From: a virus
Lineage: Duplodnaviria > Caudoviricetes
Length of the DNA stretch: 59,757 nucleotides
Reading direction: 5' to 3' (one strand)
Virus record (IMG/VR): IMGVR_UViG_3300027983_000018
Location: 1 to 59,757 of that record
The notes under the pieces: generated by a model
What the model saw: only the letters and a program-made list of their open reading frames with translations
Database searches by the model: none
What the model was told of the DNA's origin: nothing
Made by a program: the position numbers and the translations under genes
Part shown: piece after piece, positions 49,269-58,095 of the stretch
Layout: each line of letters begins with the position of its first letter
How positions within the stretch are numbered: position 1 is the stretch's first letter

Positions 49269-51386
49269 TTATTTTTTAAAGTTTTCTTTGTGAGAGTTCA
49301 GTGTGTTTCTTGCAAGCTTTGCTGCAGTTTCCCAAGACATCTGTCCTTGTGTACCAATTGCTTCATCTATTCGTTCATAGCTTCCTTTAGGAAAAGATGA
49401 AGGCTGGATAAACATTAATCTCATTTCCCCATCTTTTTGATAAAGCTTAACATCTTTGAAAACACTAAAGTCTTCCAGCTTTCGCTCTTTGTTCAAGTTA
49501 TAAACAAACTCAGAATTAGATTGAGATGAGTTCATGTACAAAGGATCTTTTATCTTAGAAAGAACGCTGTTTGGAATAAACAGTGAAACTTGTTTCCCTG
49601 TGTCTTCATCTTTTAAAACATAAGCGTTAAAGCTTTTGCTTCCTCCAGGACTTGCATAAAAAGTAGCTGTTACATTTTCACCAGACGCTTTTAAAAAAGA
49701 ATCCAATTCCGTTGTTTTTTCTGAACGATGTTCGTTAAAGTTAACGTCAAAGTTATTAATTATTTCAGATGTATTACCTGCTTTAATTCCAATACCGCTT
49801 TTACCAATGTTTTGTCTAACGGCATCAACTACTGCATTTACTGATTCCTGTTTACTTGTACCTTTTGATGTTTCCTTGTTGAAGTCTAATCCTTTATAAG
49901 CAACAACAGAAGAAGACATGTCACCAAAGCTTTTCACCTTGTTAAATTCTTTTTTGTACTTGTATGTAAGCTCATTGTATTTATGAACCCAATAGTCTTC
50001 TTGCCAAGGCATCGTAAACCCTTGGTTTTCTAATTTTACTGCGTGAGCATAGCTAGAACTATAAGTATCTCCTACTTTATATAAATACGCTTTCTCTTTT
50101 GAGTTGTTTTGCAGTGACCATACAGGTTTACCGCCTTTTTCAAATTCGTTTTTAAACTCTTGAAATGAACGTGGCTTGTTGTCTTTGCCTAAAAACGCAG
50201 CAAGAAGTTCTTTTGGATCTATATCTGAATCCTCGTATGAGTTTCTTAAAAAATTTGTTGCTTCAGCATTTGCATTTTTTTCGGCATCCTTAAATCTATC
50301 TGCCAAAGCAGACTGGTTTTCTAAAAAAGAACGAGTCCTTCGGCTTCTGTTTTTCTGAGTATCTTCTCCTTCTTCGTTGTCATCATTCTTCCCTAAATAA
50401 TAATCATTATTCAGTGATGAGTTATGCTTATCAAACAAGTATTTTGTTCCACTGTATCCAAGATGTTTAACAAAAGAACCTAAACGATTTGAATTTTCAG
50501 ACATGTACTTGTATTTAAGACGAGGGTCTGTGATTTCATTTATTTCTGAAATCATTGTCTTTGCTTTTAACCTATCTTCTTTTTCAAGTGTCCCGTACTT
50601 TAAAACATAACCTAACAAATCTTGATTATACGTTAAACCTTTTTTAGCATTTTCTACATCTGATTCCGATAATCTTGAATCGTCTTTAGACAGAGCATAG
50701 CTACGCATAGCTGAAGATGACGCAGAGTTCCAAACATCAAATAATTCTTGAGCTTTTGGAGTAAACTGGTTCTTAATTGAACTTCCTCGTTTACTAAGTT
50801 CCGCATACGCAATGTTTGGACTATCTGCTGTTTCATTGCTTCTTACCTGCTTGTTATCTTTATCGATTACTCTTTGAGGACCATCAAACATTTTATCGTA
50901 ATGGTTTCTTGTATAAAGCTTGTTTTCTTTTAAAACGTAACCTGATTTGTTATAAGAGTTTTCCGGATCAAGTTGCTTTTCCATTATTCCGTATGCATTT
51001 TGAAGCTTTGTCAAATGACCAGTTATATCCTCATTTGACAAAGAGCCATTTCTTAATCCTGAAAGAAACTCATTAGCTGAACGACCTAAAGCCTCATAGC
51101 TATTTACAATGGATGATTGGTTATTTAAATTAAGATTTTTTTTTAATGGATTAACTCCATAGTCATCTGCATTTATTTCTTTAAGCGCATGTACTGCTGT
51201 TTTCCCTTGTGTTTTTTTTGCAGTTTCGTAAATTCCTTTAAATTCTTGATTATAAACTTTTCGTAAAACAGGATAAATTTGATCTGCATTATTGAATTTT
51301 AAGTTATTGATTTCAAATAATATTTTTACGTTATCCCAGCTTTCTTGAGGAGCAACGTATTTGTTTTTTTTTTCTTCTTCGGGCAT
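49269..51386 (-). CDS. hypothetical virion-associated protein
   Basis: 705-aa ORF in the structural block. Confidence 0.65.
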   Translation of the reverse strand: MPEEEKKNKYVAPQESWDNVKILFEINNLKFNNADQIYPVLRKVYNQEFKGIYETAKKTQGKTAVHALKEINADDYGVNPLKKNLNLNNQSSIVNSYEALGRSANEFLSGLRNGSLSNEDITGHLTKLQNAYGIMEKQLDPENSYNKSGYVLKENKLYTRNHYDKMFDGPQRVIDKDNKQVRSNETADSPNIAYAELSKRGSSIKNQFTPKAQELFDVWNSASSSAMRSYALSKDDSRLSESDVENAKKGLTYNQDLLGYVLKYGTLEKEDRLKAKTMISEINEITDPRLKYKYMSENSNRLGSFVKHLGYSGTKYLFDKHNSSLNNDYYLGKNDDNEEGEDTQKNRSRRTRSFLENQSALADRFKDAEKNANAEATNFLRNSYEDSDIDPKELLAAFLGKDNKPRSFQEFKNEFEKGGKPVWSLQNNSKEKAYLYKVGDTYSSSYAHAVKLENQGFTMPWQEDYWVHKYNELTYKYKKEFNKVKSFGDMSSSVVAYKGLDFNKETSKGTSKQESVNAVVDAVRQNIGKSGIGIKAGNTSEIINNFDVNFNEHRSEKTTELDSFLKASGENVTATFYASPGGSKSFNAYVLKDEDTGKQVSLFIPNSVLSKIKDPLYMNSSQSNSEFVYNLNKERKLEDFSVFKDVKLYQKDGEMRLMFIQPSSFPKGSYERIDEAIGTQGQMSWETAAKLARNTLNSHKENFKK

Positions 51387-51401
51387 AATTAAATTTTTTA
51401 A

Positions 51402-53228
51402 TTAGTTGGATTTATTTTTAATTCCTTGTGCAATTTCGGACAAAGCTTTTCCTGTTGTAAGCATTGCTTTTTGGTAAAAGTTGTCACTGTCTATTCCGTA
51501 TGCACTTGCAATTTTATCAAGACGTATTCTTTTATCCGTTTCTGATAAATCCGCATACATTAAATAACTACCTGACGCTAAAATTCCTACATCAATGTCG
51601 TTATAATTTAACTTTAAAGCTGCTACCAAAGCGGAACGTCGTTGAGTGTTTCCATCTAAGTTAACATTTTCAACTGCTTTTTTTAATTTGGCAACTACCG
51701 TTGCTGCTTTATCTTCTAAGTATTTGGCACCCGTCCCCTTTTTTAGAGCATTAACATATTCGTTAACAAGAGCCTCAGTGCCTCCTGCTGTACTGAATGA
51801 TGTATCATTCTTCAATTTAGCATATACGAGCAACTTGTAAGCAGCTGGGTTTTTTCCAATGTCGTTTTTCTTTAATTCTTCTTGTGCTTTTAACAAACTC
51901 TCTGCATCTTTTGCTGTAGTGTTTCCTGAAGTACTTGAAAGAGATGCGTTTAAAAGAATTTTTTCTTTAGTGTTCTCAAACTTGATTGCTTCCATATTAA
52001 CGTCATTCTGAAAACCAACTTGTTTTAATTGTAAATCATAATGATGCTTTGCTTCAAGTATTTTATATTCATCCGCTGTTTTTTTAGTTTTGAAACCACT
52101 GTACGACAAAATATTTGCATTTTTGTTGACATCATTAATTAACAAAGATGATGCAAGCTGTCTATCCAATAAGTCTCCTGTTGCATAAACTGTTCCAGCG
52201 TTGTTTATGTTTTCACCTAAAGAAATTGTTTTTTCTAAATAATCACTTGCTTCATCAGAACTTTGTTTTAGTCTCATTAATTCAACTAATTTTTTATGAT
52301 CGTCTGAACCTTCTTCAATTTCATTTCTTTCTGCTTTTGCTTTAAGAATAGAAATAGAAGACTCCAAAGAATCATTATCCATTCTTAAATCAGATTGAGC
52401 AGACTTAATGTTTTTCATGGCCGCTTGATGATTTTCAGTCATGTAACCATGAAGAGCTTCCCCTTCATTCTGGTAGGAACCTTCATTTATTTTTTGAGAC
52501 ATCCAAGACTTTCTTTCAACATAAGCTTGTGCTTTAAACATCTCAAAGAAAGAAGGGTCATTGCTAAACACATTTGTAAACAACGCTGTAAGTGGTTGTA
52601 TGATTTGACTTCCGTTTGTTTGTGTGATAACGTATCCACCAGAAACGTAATCTGTTTCCATTGATAACTTGGAGTCATTAAATGTTTTTAAAGCTTTAGC
52701 GTATGTTTCTTTGTATGGGATGTATGAAACATCGTTAAATGAAAGAGCATCCTGAGCTGTAGCATTAGAAAACTCAGAGCGTTTTAGCTCCATATACTGA
52801 TCACCAATGTCCCAATGCTTACCCCCGCATTTTTCTTCATCGTTACAGTCTTTTAGCATCTGTCCCTTTTGTGTTTCTTTCATGTAGTTTTTAGTCCACA
52901 CCATATCTTTTACAATACCTTTATTTGTGTAGATTGATTTAAAAACACTACCTGCTTTTTGAACATTAGCTTGAAGAGAAAAATCCAACCCACCCATTTT
53001 ACGAATGTCGTTTTGAATTGTTTTAAAAAACTCTTCCTTAGCTAAAGTGTTATCAGTACGGGTTAATGCAGAATTTAATACAGAACCATAAAGTTCGCTG
53101 ATTTGCTCATGCCCTTTATCGTAAGAAGATTGCTTGGTTTGCAAGACTTGTGCATCAAACTGAATGTCATCTTCAACTGGGTTTAATTGAGTAACATAAT
53201 GATCGGGACTATTTGTATATGAAGCCAT
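51402..53228 (-). CDS. putative virion cargo/structural protein
   Basis: 608-aa helical protein (MASY...QVLQTKQSSYD) upstream of the cargo genes. Confidence 0.65.
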   Translation of the reverse strand: MASYTNSPDHYVTQLNPVEDDIQFDAQVLQTKQSSYDKGHEQISELYGSVLNSALTRTDNTLAKEEFFKTIQNDIRKMGGLDFSLQANVQKAGSVFKSIYTNKGIVKDMVWTKNYMKETQKGQMLKDCNDEEKCGGKHWDIGDQYMELKRSEFSNATAQDALSFNDVSYIPYKETYAKALKTFNDSKLSMETDYVSGGYVITQTNGSQIIQPLTALFTNVFSNDPSFFEMFKAQAYVERKSWMSQKINEGSYQNEGEALHGYMTENHQAAMKNIKSAQSDLRMDNDSLESSISILKAKAERNEIEEGSDDHKKLVELMRLKQSSDEASDYLEKTISLGENINNAGTVYATGDLLDRQLASSLLINDVNKNANILSYSGFKTKKTADEYKILEAKHHYDLQLKQVGFQNDVNMEAIKFENTKEKILLNASLSSTSGNTTAKDAESLLKAQEELKKNDIGKNPAAYKLLVYAKLKNDTSFSTAGGTEALVNEYVNALKKGTGAKYLEDKAATVVAKLKKAVENVNLDGNTQRRSALVAALKLNYNDIDVGILASGSYLMYADLSETDKRIRLDKIASAYGIDSDNFYQKAMLTTGKALSEIAQGIKNKSN

Positions 53229-53240
53229 TTGTTTTTAAAG

Positions 53241-53268
53241 TAAAGATATTAATTATTATGTAAACAAA
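53241..53268 (-). promoter_or_regulatory. possible Bacteroidota-type promoter for the cargo operon
   Basis: On the - strand: TTTG-16 nt-TATCTTTA, a 1-mismatch TAnnTTTG variant, 12 nt before ATG 53228. Confidence 0.4.
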
Positions 53269-53270
53269 AA

Positions 53271-55682
53271 TTAGTTAGCCCCGTTTAATGTTTTCAACTC
53301 TGCGTCAGATAAGCTTTCATTATCTTCAAAAGTCATTTTTCCATTGTGAAGTTGAACGTAAGCTTTTACTAAAGTAGCTTCGTCTGTGTCTGCACTAAAA
53401 CCTTCTTTAAACTTAGCGAAACCTTCTGAGAAATCTTCTTTTGGTGATTTAGCATAGATGTCTTTGTCGTTTGCTTTGTAGATTAAACCTGTGTTTGGAT
53501 CTTTCTTAAAGTTTTCCGTCATAGAGTTTAAGTTATAATCTTGCTTAGCATGTTGCAAAGAAGAAACTCTAAACTGATTTATCTTATCTTTAGCTGCACC
53601 CTGAGCTGCTCTAAACTTAGCGTCCATTGATTGATTAGTAGCCCAGGCATCTGTTTGATCCTTAGCGTTCATATCGTTTCTCTGAGTAGCTAAATTAGCT
53701 CGATAGCTTGCGTCGGCATTAAAAATCCCAACATTCTTATCTGAGTAGGAACCAATTGCATCAGCAATGCTTGAAAATGCCTGTGCATTTAAAGCCTGAG
53801 AGTTTGATGCAGCCCCAGCCGCATTTGAAAAAGCAGCTGCGGAATTATTCCCGGAAGCAACATTTTGATTTATAGCAGCAATTGTTCTTTCTGGAGAATG
53901 AAATGCTACATCAGGCATTACGGCATCTGCCGATTTAGCCCAGTACTCCGGTCTTTGTATTTCGTTTTTTGCTTGAATTGCTCTACTCAAACCCATCATG
54001 TCTACATCTCTCATTCCGTAAGGATTAGGTGCAGTACCTCTTGTATCCAGTTCAGAAATAGTAGTTTTGCTGTTGTTTCTTAACTCTTGTTCTGTAGCGG
54101 GATTTGCATTTTTTTCTATATCAAATTCAGGATTTGACGCAAAAGCAAACGCATCAAAATGCTCAAATCCTGAAAGGCCATCGTCTTCATGAGTAGGTCT
54201 ATACTTACCAGCAGCAATTAATTTATCTTCAACTCTTTTTGTAATGTCACTAAAACGATCTTTGTAGTAACTGTCCGACATTATATCTGTTCCTGGGGGA
54301 ATGTCTTTACCTAAGAATCCTAAATACTCAGTTCGTGCTTTTTTAGAACCCTCCTGTGTTTTGTACATTTCATCTAACTCAGTAAATGCTTCATCGTCAG
54401 TAAGACCTTTTGCACGTAGTTGTTCTAGCTGATAACGCTTTTCGTAATGCATTGGTGTAAATCCACCTACAAAAGAACCTGTTCTTTTGTAAACACCTTT
54501 GTTACTTTTACTGTAACCATCTGTTACGCTTTGTTTCTCAATAGAGTAAATGTCAGTTCCAAAAGACTTACCTGATTGATTGATAACATTACTAAGGATT
54601 GTTAAATCTCTAAAAGAAGGTGAGAACTTTCCAGTGATTACTATTTTTCCAGTTTTCTTATTGTGAATAATTGTCTTGTTGTTAATACCTGCTTCTATAA
54701 TAGCATTTGCTTTATCTCTGCTGTCTGAGTTTTCCTGAGATTGTTTAGCCCATTCTGACACAGGACCGTTATAAGTTTGAGAATCTAAAATTGTTGCCGC
54801 AGCTCCAACTTTCGAAACACGTTTAATACTTCCATCTGGATACTTAATGTAGTCACCAACTCTGTATCGAGTTTCTCCTTCTTTTTTAAACTTAGTATCT
54901 TTTGGTAAATCAGAAGCCTTGTAAGTTCTTTCTGTAGTCTTTACAGTTACATCGCTTGGTTCATCTACACCACTAAACTTTTGAAGATTGCCTCCCAAAG
55001 AATATTCTGAAATCGTCCCAGGATCAATTTCACTAAAACTTTTATAATCATTAGTCGGTCCACCGTAAGCCATACGCATTGTTTCACTCACCGCTTTTTC
55101 TTCTTCAGGTTTCATTTGAAAAACTTCCTCTGGAGAAACTCCCGTTTTATCAAAGAAGGGTTGAAAAATTTTAGAGTAACCACTCTGAAATCCTTTCATG
55201 CTTTCTTGAATCAAAGCAGCTTTAGCTATGGAAAGTGCAGCGTTTGATAAATTAAGCTTTGCGGTATTGACACTCATTTTACTTGAGTTTTTATCTATCA
55301 TTACTGCTTTAGCATCATTAACTACTCCTGTAACTTTTGTCATCACCTCTGCAAAAGTCATAGGCTTTTTGCTGTCAACACCAAACTGAGAAAGAATCTC
55401 AGGATCTTCCATTTTTAATTTATCTGAAAAGATAAAAGAAGAACCATCTGGTGAACTTTCTGAGCCTGCGGGAAGTTTTAATGGTGTACCGCCTTTACTA
55501 TGTTTCTTTCCCGCAATTTTATACATCTCAAAGATGTTGCTGTTATCGTTTAACTTAGTATAAGCAATTTCGCCTTTCTCCGCTTCCAAGTTAGCATCCT
55601 CTCTTTTTACAGGAGCTAATGTTCGCTTAGTTGTACCTTCCGAACTTCTATTCGGAAGGCCTATTACTTTGTATTTAGCCAT
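53271..55682 (-). CDS. crAss-like structural protein with GG motifs
   Basis: ANLEAEKGE...GKKHSKGG...FIFSD N-domain; MAYGG and YSLGG motifs; Ala/Asn-rich helical C-terminus. Confidence 0.75.
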   Translation of the reverse strand: MAKYKVIGLPNRSSEGTTKRTLAPVKREDANLEAEKGEIAYTKLNDNSNIFEMYKIAGKKHSKGGTPLKLPAGSESSPDGSSFIFSDKLKMEDPEILSQFGVDSKKPMTFAEVMTKVTGVVNDAKAVMIDKNSSKMSVNTAKLNLSNAALSIAKAALIQESMKGFQSGYSKIFQPFFDKTGVSPEEVFQMKPEEEKAVSETMRMAYGGPTNDYKSFSEIDPGTISEYSLGGNLQKFSGVDEPSDVTVKTTERTYKASDLPKDTKFKKEGETRYRVGDYIKYPDGSIKRVSKVGAAATILDSQTYNGPVSEWAKQSQENSDSRDKANAIIEAGINNKTIIHNKKTGKIVITGKFSPSFRDLTILSNVINQSGKSFGTDIYSIEKQSVTDGYSKSNKGVYKRTGSFVGGFTPMHYEKRYQLEQLRAKGLTDDEAFTELDEMYKTQEGSKKARTEYLGFLGKDIPPGTDIMSDSYYKDRFSDITKRVEDKLIAAGKYRPTHEDDGLSGFEHFDAFAFASNPEFDIEKNANPATEQELRNNSKTTISELDTRGTAPNPYGMRDVDMMGLSRAIQAKNEIQRPEYWAKSADAVMPDVAFHSPERTIAAINQNVASGNNSAAAFSNAAGAASNSQALNAQAFSSIADAIGSYSDKNVGIFNADASYRANLATQRNDMNAKDQTDAWATNQSMDAKFRAAQGAAKDKINQFRVSSLQHAKQDYNLNSMTENFKKDPNTGLIYKANDKDIYAKSPKEDFSEGFAKFKEGFSADTDEATLVKAYVQLHNGKMTFEDNESLSDAELKTLNGAN

Positions 55683-55683
55683 T

Positions 55684-58086
55684 TTAAACCTTTTTTAATT
55701 TTAATCCTTTAGACTCTAAGTATCTTAATTCATCATCTGATAAATCGTAGTCCTCGTCCATGTTGTAAACATTACCTCCAACTGCAAAAGTTCTCTGATT
55801 CATTGAAAATCCATTGTCGGTTGGATTAAAGTTTTGAGCTCCTTGATTAGTACCTCCCATGAAATTACCAAACTGATCGAACCCTTGATTTGAAACACCC
55901 ATTGATGGAGCATTCATAGATGACCTTCTTGCACCATCTCCTACTGGGTCAAAGTTGTTAACTCTTTCCATAAAGCTGTTAACTTTATCAAGTCCTCGCT
56001 TTGTGTCTTCTGCCATAACGGCCCAGTTAATAGGATTTTTCTTATTGGTTGCTGTAATTGTTGATTTTTTCTGTAAAGCTTCCGCCTCACTTGCTGTAAT
56101 CAAATTGCCGTCAGGTCCTTGTACATCTGCTAACTCACCGTTTCTTGTTTCAAAAGTTGTAGCTGCACCATTATCTGCACCAGTAACATCTTTAACCTCT
56201 AAACCATTATCAGCTTTTGGTAGAAACCCTCCAAAGGATCTGTTAATTAAATTATTTGAGGATCCTTTAAAATATTCAGGGTACTTGGAGTATCCGTAGT
56301 CATTAAAAATAGGTTCTGTTGTAACAGCTGGTTCTGGAACAGCTGGTAGTTGCGATGCTTTATTTGAGGATCCTTTAAAATATTCAGGGTACTTGGAGTA
56401 TCCGTAGTCATTAAAAATAGGTGATTCTTCAGGTGTTGCTCCCGTTACAGCAGCAGCTGCTGCTGAGGATGCTTCAGGTGCAAGACTTGCTTTATATAAA
56501 GCTTCCGCCTCACTTGCTGTAATTAAATTACCATCTTTTCCTTGTACATCTGCTAACTCACCGTTTCTTGTTTCAAAAGCATTCAGTTGGTTTCTGTAAT
56601 CTTGCTCCTGAGCTAATTCTTCTGGACTAAATCCTGCCGCAGCTGGTGAAGCTGGTGAAGCTGGATTAGTTTTACTTGCAACGGGAGCCGTTGACGATGC
56701 AGCAGCATTACCCCAATCAATTGTGTACTTATAACTTTTAGGTCTAAATAATCCATTTCTTATTTTTTCTACTTCAGAAACTCTGTAGTCTTTACCTCCA
56801 ATATTTCCTGACATAGGCATTCTTCCTTGAGCAGCTTCTCTAAAGTCAAACTGACTTCCGTCATTTATTCTTACATCAACTCCTGAAGGTTGTCTCCATC
56901 TTCCTTGACCGAATCCTACATTTGAAAATCCTGGATTAAACCCCATCATTCCACCATAGTTGTTTCCATAATTACCACCGTAATTACCACCGTAATTTTG
57001 ATTGTAATTTTGATTGTAATTATTTTGAGGATACATTGCACCAAACGACTTAGCATCATTTGGATTTTTAGACATGTAATCATTCATACCACTAAAGAAA
57101 CCTTTGTAGTCAAATCCAATTGTTTTGTCCGTTACATCACTTGGTCCGTCGGGTCCACTAAACTTTCGAAGATCACCTCCATTTTTCATTTGACCATTCA
57201 TTGATGGGAACTCCTCACCAAGACTTGCCATCATGCTGTTTTTTCTTATGTTGTCAACAAAAACACCATTCATGTTTTTAACATAATCAGGACTTGTCAT
57301 ATCGGGTAAAGTAGTTCCCCCAAGTTTCTTTTTAAGTAATTTTTTAACATTACCTCCAAAATTCATTTGTGGTTCTTGAGGACTTGGTTCACCTTGTTGT
57401 GCTTGCTGTTCAGGTCCCGGTCCTTGTTGACCGCCTTGCATTACTTGTTGAATAACTTGTTGTGCTTCTTGTTCAGGCATACCAATTTGAACCAGTGTTT
57501 GCATAATCGCTTCAGGTGGTACTTGTTGCTGTAACAATTCCATAACGACATCTTGAGGCTGCGCTCCTTGTTCCATCATTTGCTGAACCATCTGCATCAA
57601 CTGTTGCATTTGATCACCACCTCCTTGTTCTTGAGGCATGTCTGAATCATTCATCATACTGCCATCTGGCATTTGATGTTGTCCTTCTTGACCTTGACCA
57701 GGTTGTTGATTTTGCTGTTGTTGCATCATAGCCATTTCTTCAGGAGAAGGTTGTCCTCCACCTTGAAAACGCATTAGTTTTCCACCCAGAGCCATAACTT
57801 GTTCTTGAGGAGTTGGTCCTTGTTGACCTCCGCCCTGCATAGCTTCTTGAATAGTAGTCTGCGCTTGGTCTTCTGGCATTCCCATTTGAACAAAAACTTG
57901 CATGATTGCCTCTGGTGGTACTTGTTGTCCAAGTAGTCCTTTAGCAACATTACCTGGTTCCTCTCCTTGCTCTATAGCTTGTTGAACCATTTGCATTAAT
58001 TGTTGCATTTGATCACCTCCGCCTTGAGATGCTTGTCCTCCTTCTTCCATATATTCAGGTGCGTAAACTCGTACTTTTTTTTTCAT
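55684..58086 (-). CDS. Q/M/G-rich low-complexity structural protein with repeated GG motifs
   Basis: 800 aa; duplicated QQLMQMVQQ...VPPEAIMQ unit; many xxxGG motifs. Confidence 0.8.
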   Translation of the reverse strand: MKKKVRVYAPEYMEEGGQASQGGGDQMQQLMQMVQQAIEQGEEPGNVAKGLLGQQVPPEAIMQVFVQMGMPEDQAQTTIQEAMQGGGQQGPTPQEQVMALGGKLMRFQGGGQPSPEEMAMMQQQQNQQPGQGQEGQHQMPDGSMMNDSDMPQEQGGGDQMQQLMQMVQQMMEQGAQPQDVVMELLQQQVPPEAIMQTLVQIGMPEQEAQQVIQQVMQGGQQGPGPEQQAQQGEPSPQEPQMNFGGNVKKLLKKKLGGTTLPDMTSPDYVKNMNGVFVDNIRKNSMMASLGEEFPSMNGQMKNGGDLRKFSGPDGPSDVTDKTIGFDYKGFFSGMNDYMSKNPNDAKSFGAMYPQNNYNQNYNQNYGGNYGGNYGNNYGGMMGFNPGFSNVGFGQGRWRQPSGVDVRINDGSQFDFREAAQGRMPMSGNIGGKDYRVSEVEKIRNGLFRPKSYKYTIDWGNAAASSTAPVASKTNPASPASPAAAGFSPEELAQEQDYRNQLNAFETRNGELADVQGKDGNLITASEAEALYKASLAPEASSAAAAAVTGATPEESPIFNDYGYSKYPEYFKGSSNKASQLPAVPEPAVTTEPIFNDYGYSKYPEYFKGSSNNLINRSFGGFLPKADNGLEVKDVTGADNGAATTFETRNGELADVQGPDGNLITASEAEALQKKSTITATNKKNPINWAVMAEDTKRGLDKVNSFMERVNNFDPVGDGARRSSMNAPSMGVSNQGFDQFGNFMGGTNQGAQNFNPTDNGFSMNQRTFAVGGNVYNMDEDYDLSDDELRYLESKGLKLKKV
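56074..56579. repeat. nested A-B-B-A in-frame direct repeats
   Basis: A: 83 bp at 56074-56156 and 56497-56579 (near-identical). B: 63 bp at 56252-56314 and 56360-56422 (identical). Confidence 0.92.
56950..57025. repeat. 12-bp-period tandem repeats (NYNQ/NYGG)
   Basis: gtaattttgatt and gtaattaccacc units. Confidence 0.8.
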
Positions 58087-58095
58087 AATACTAAT

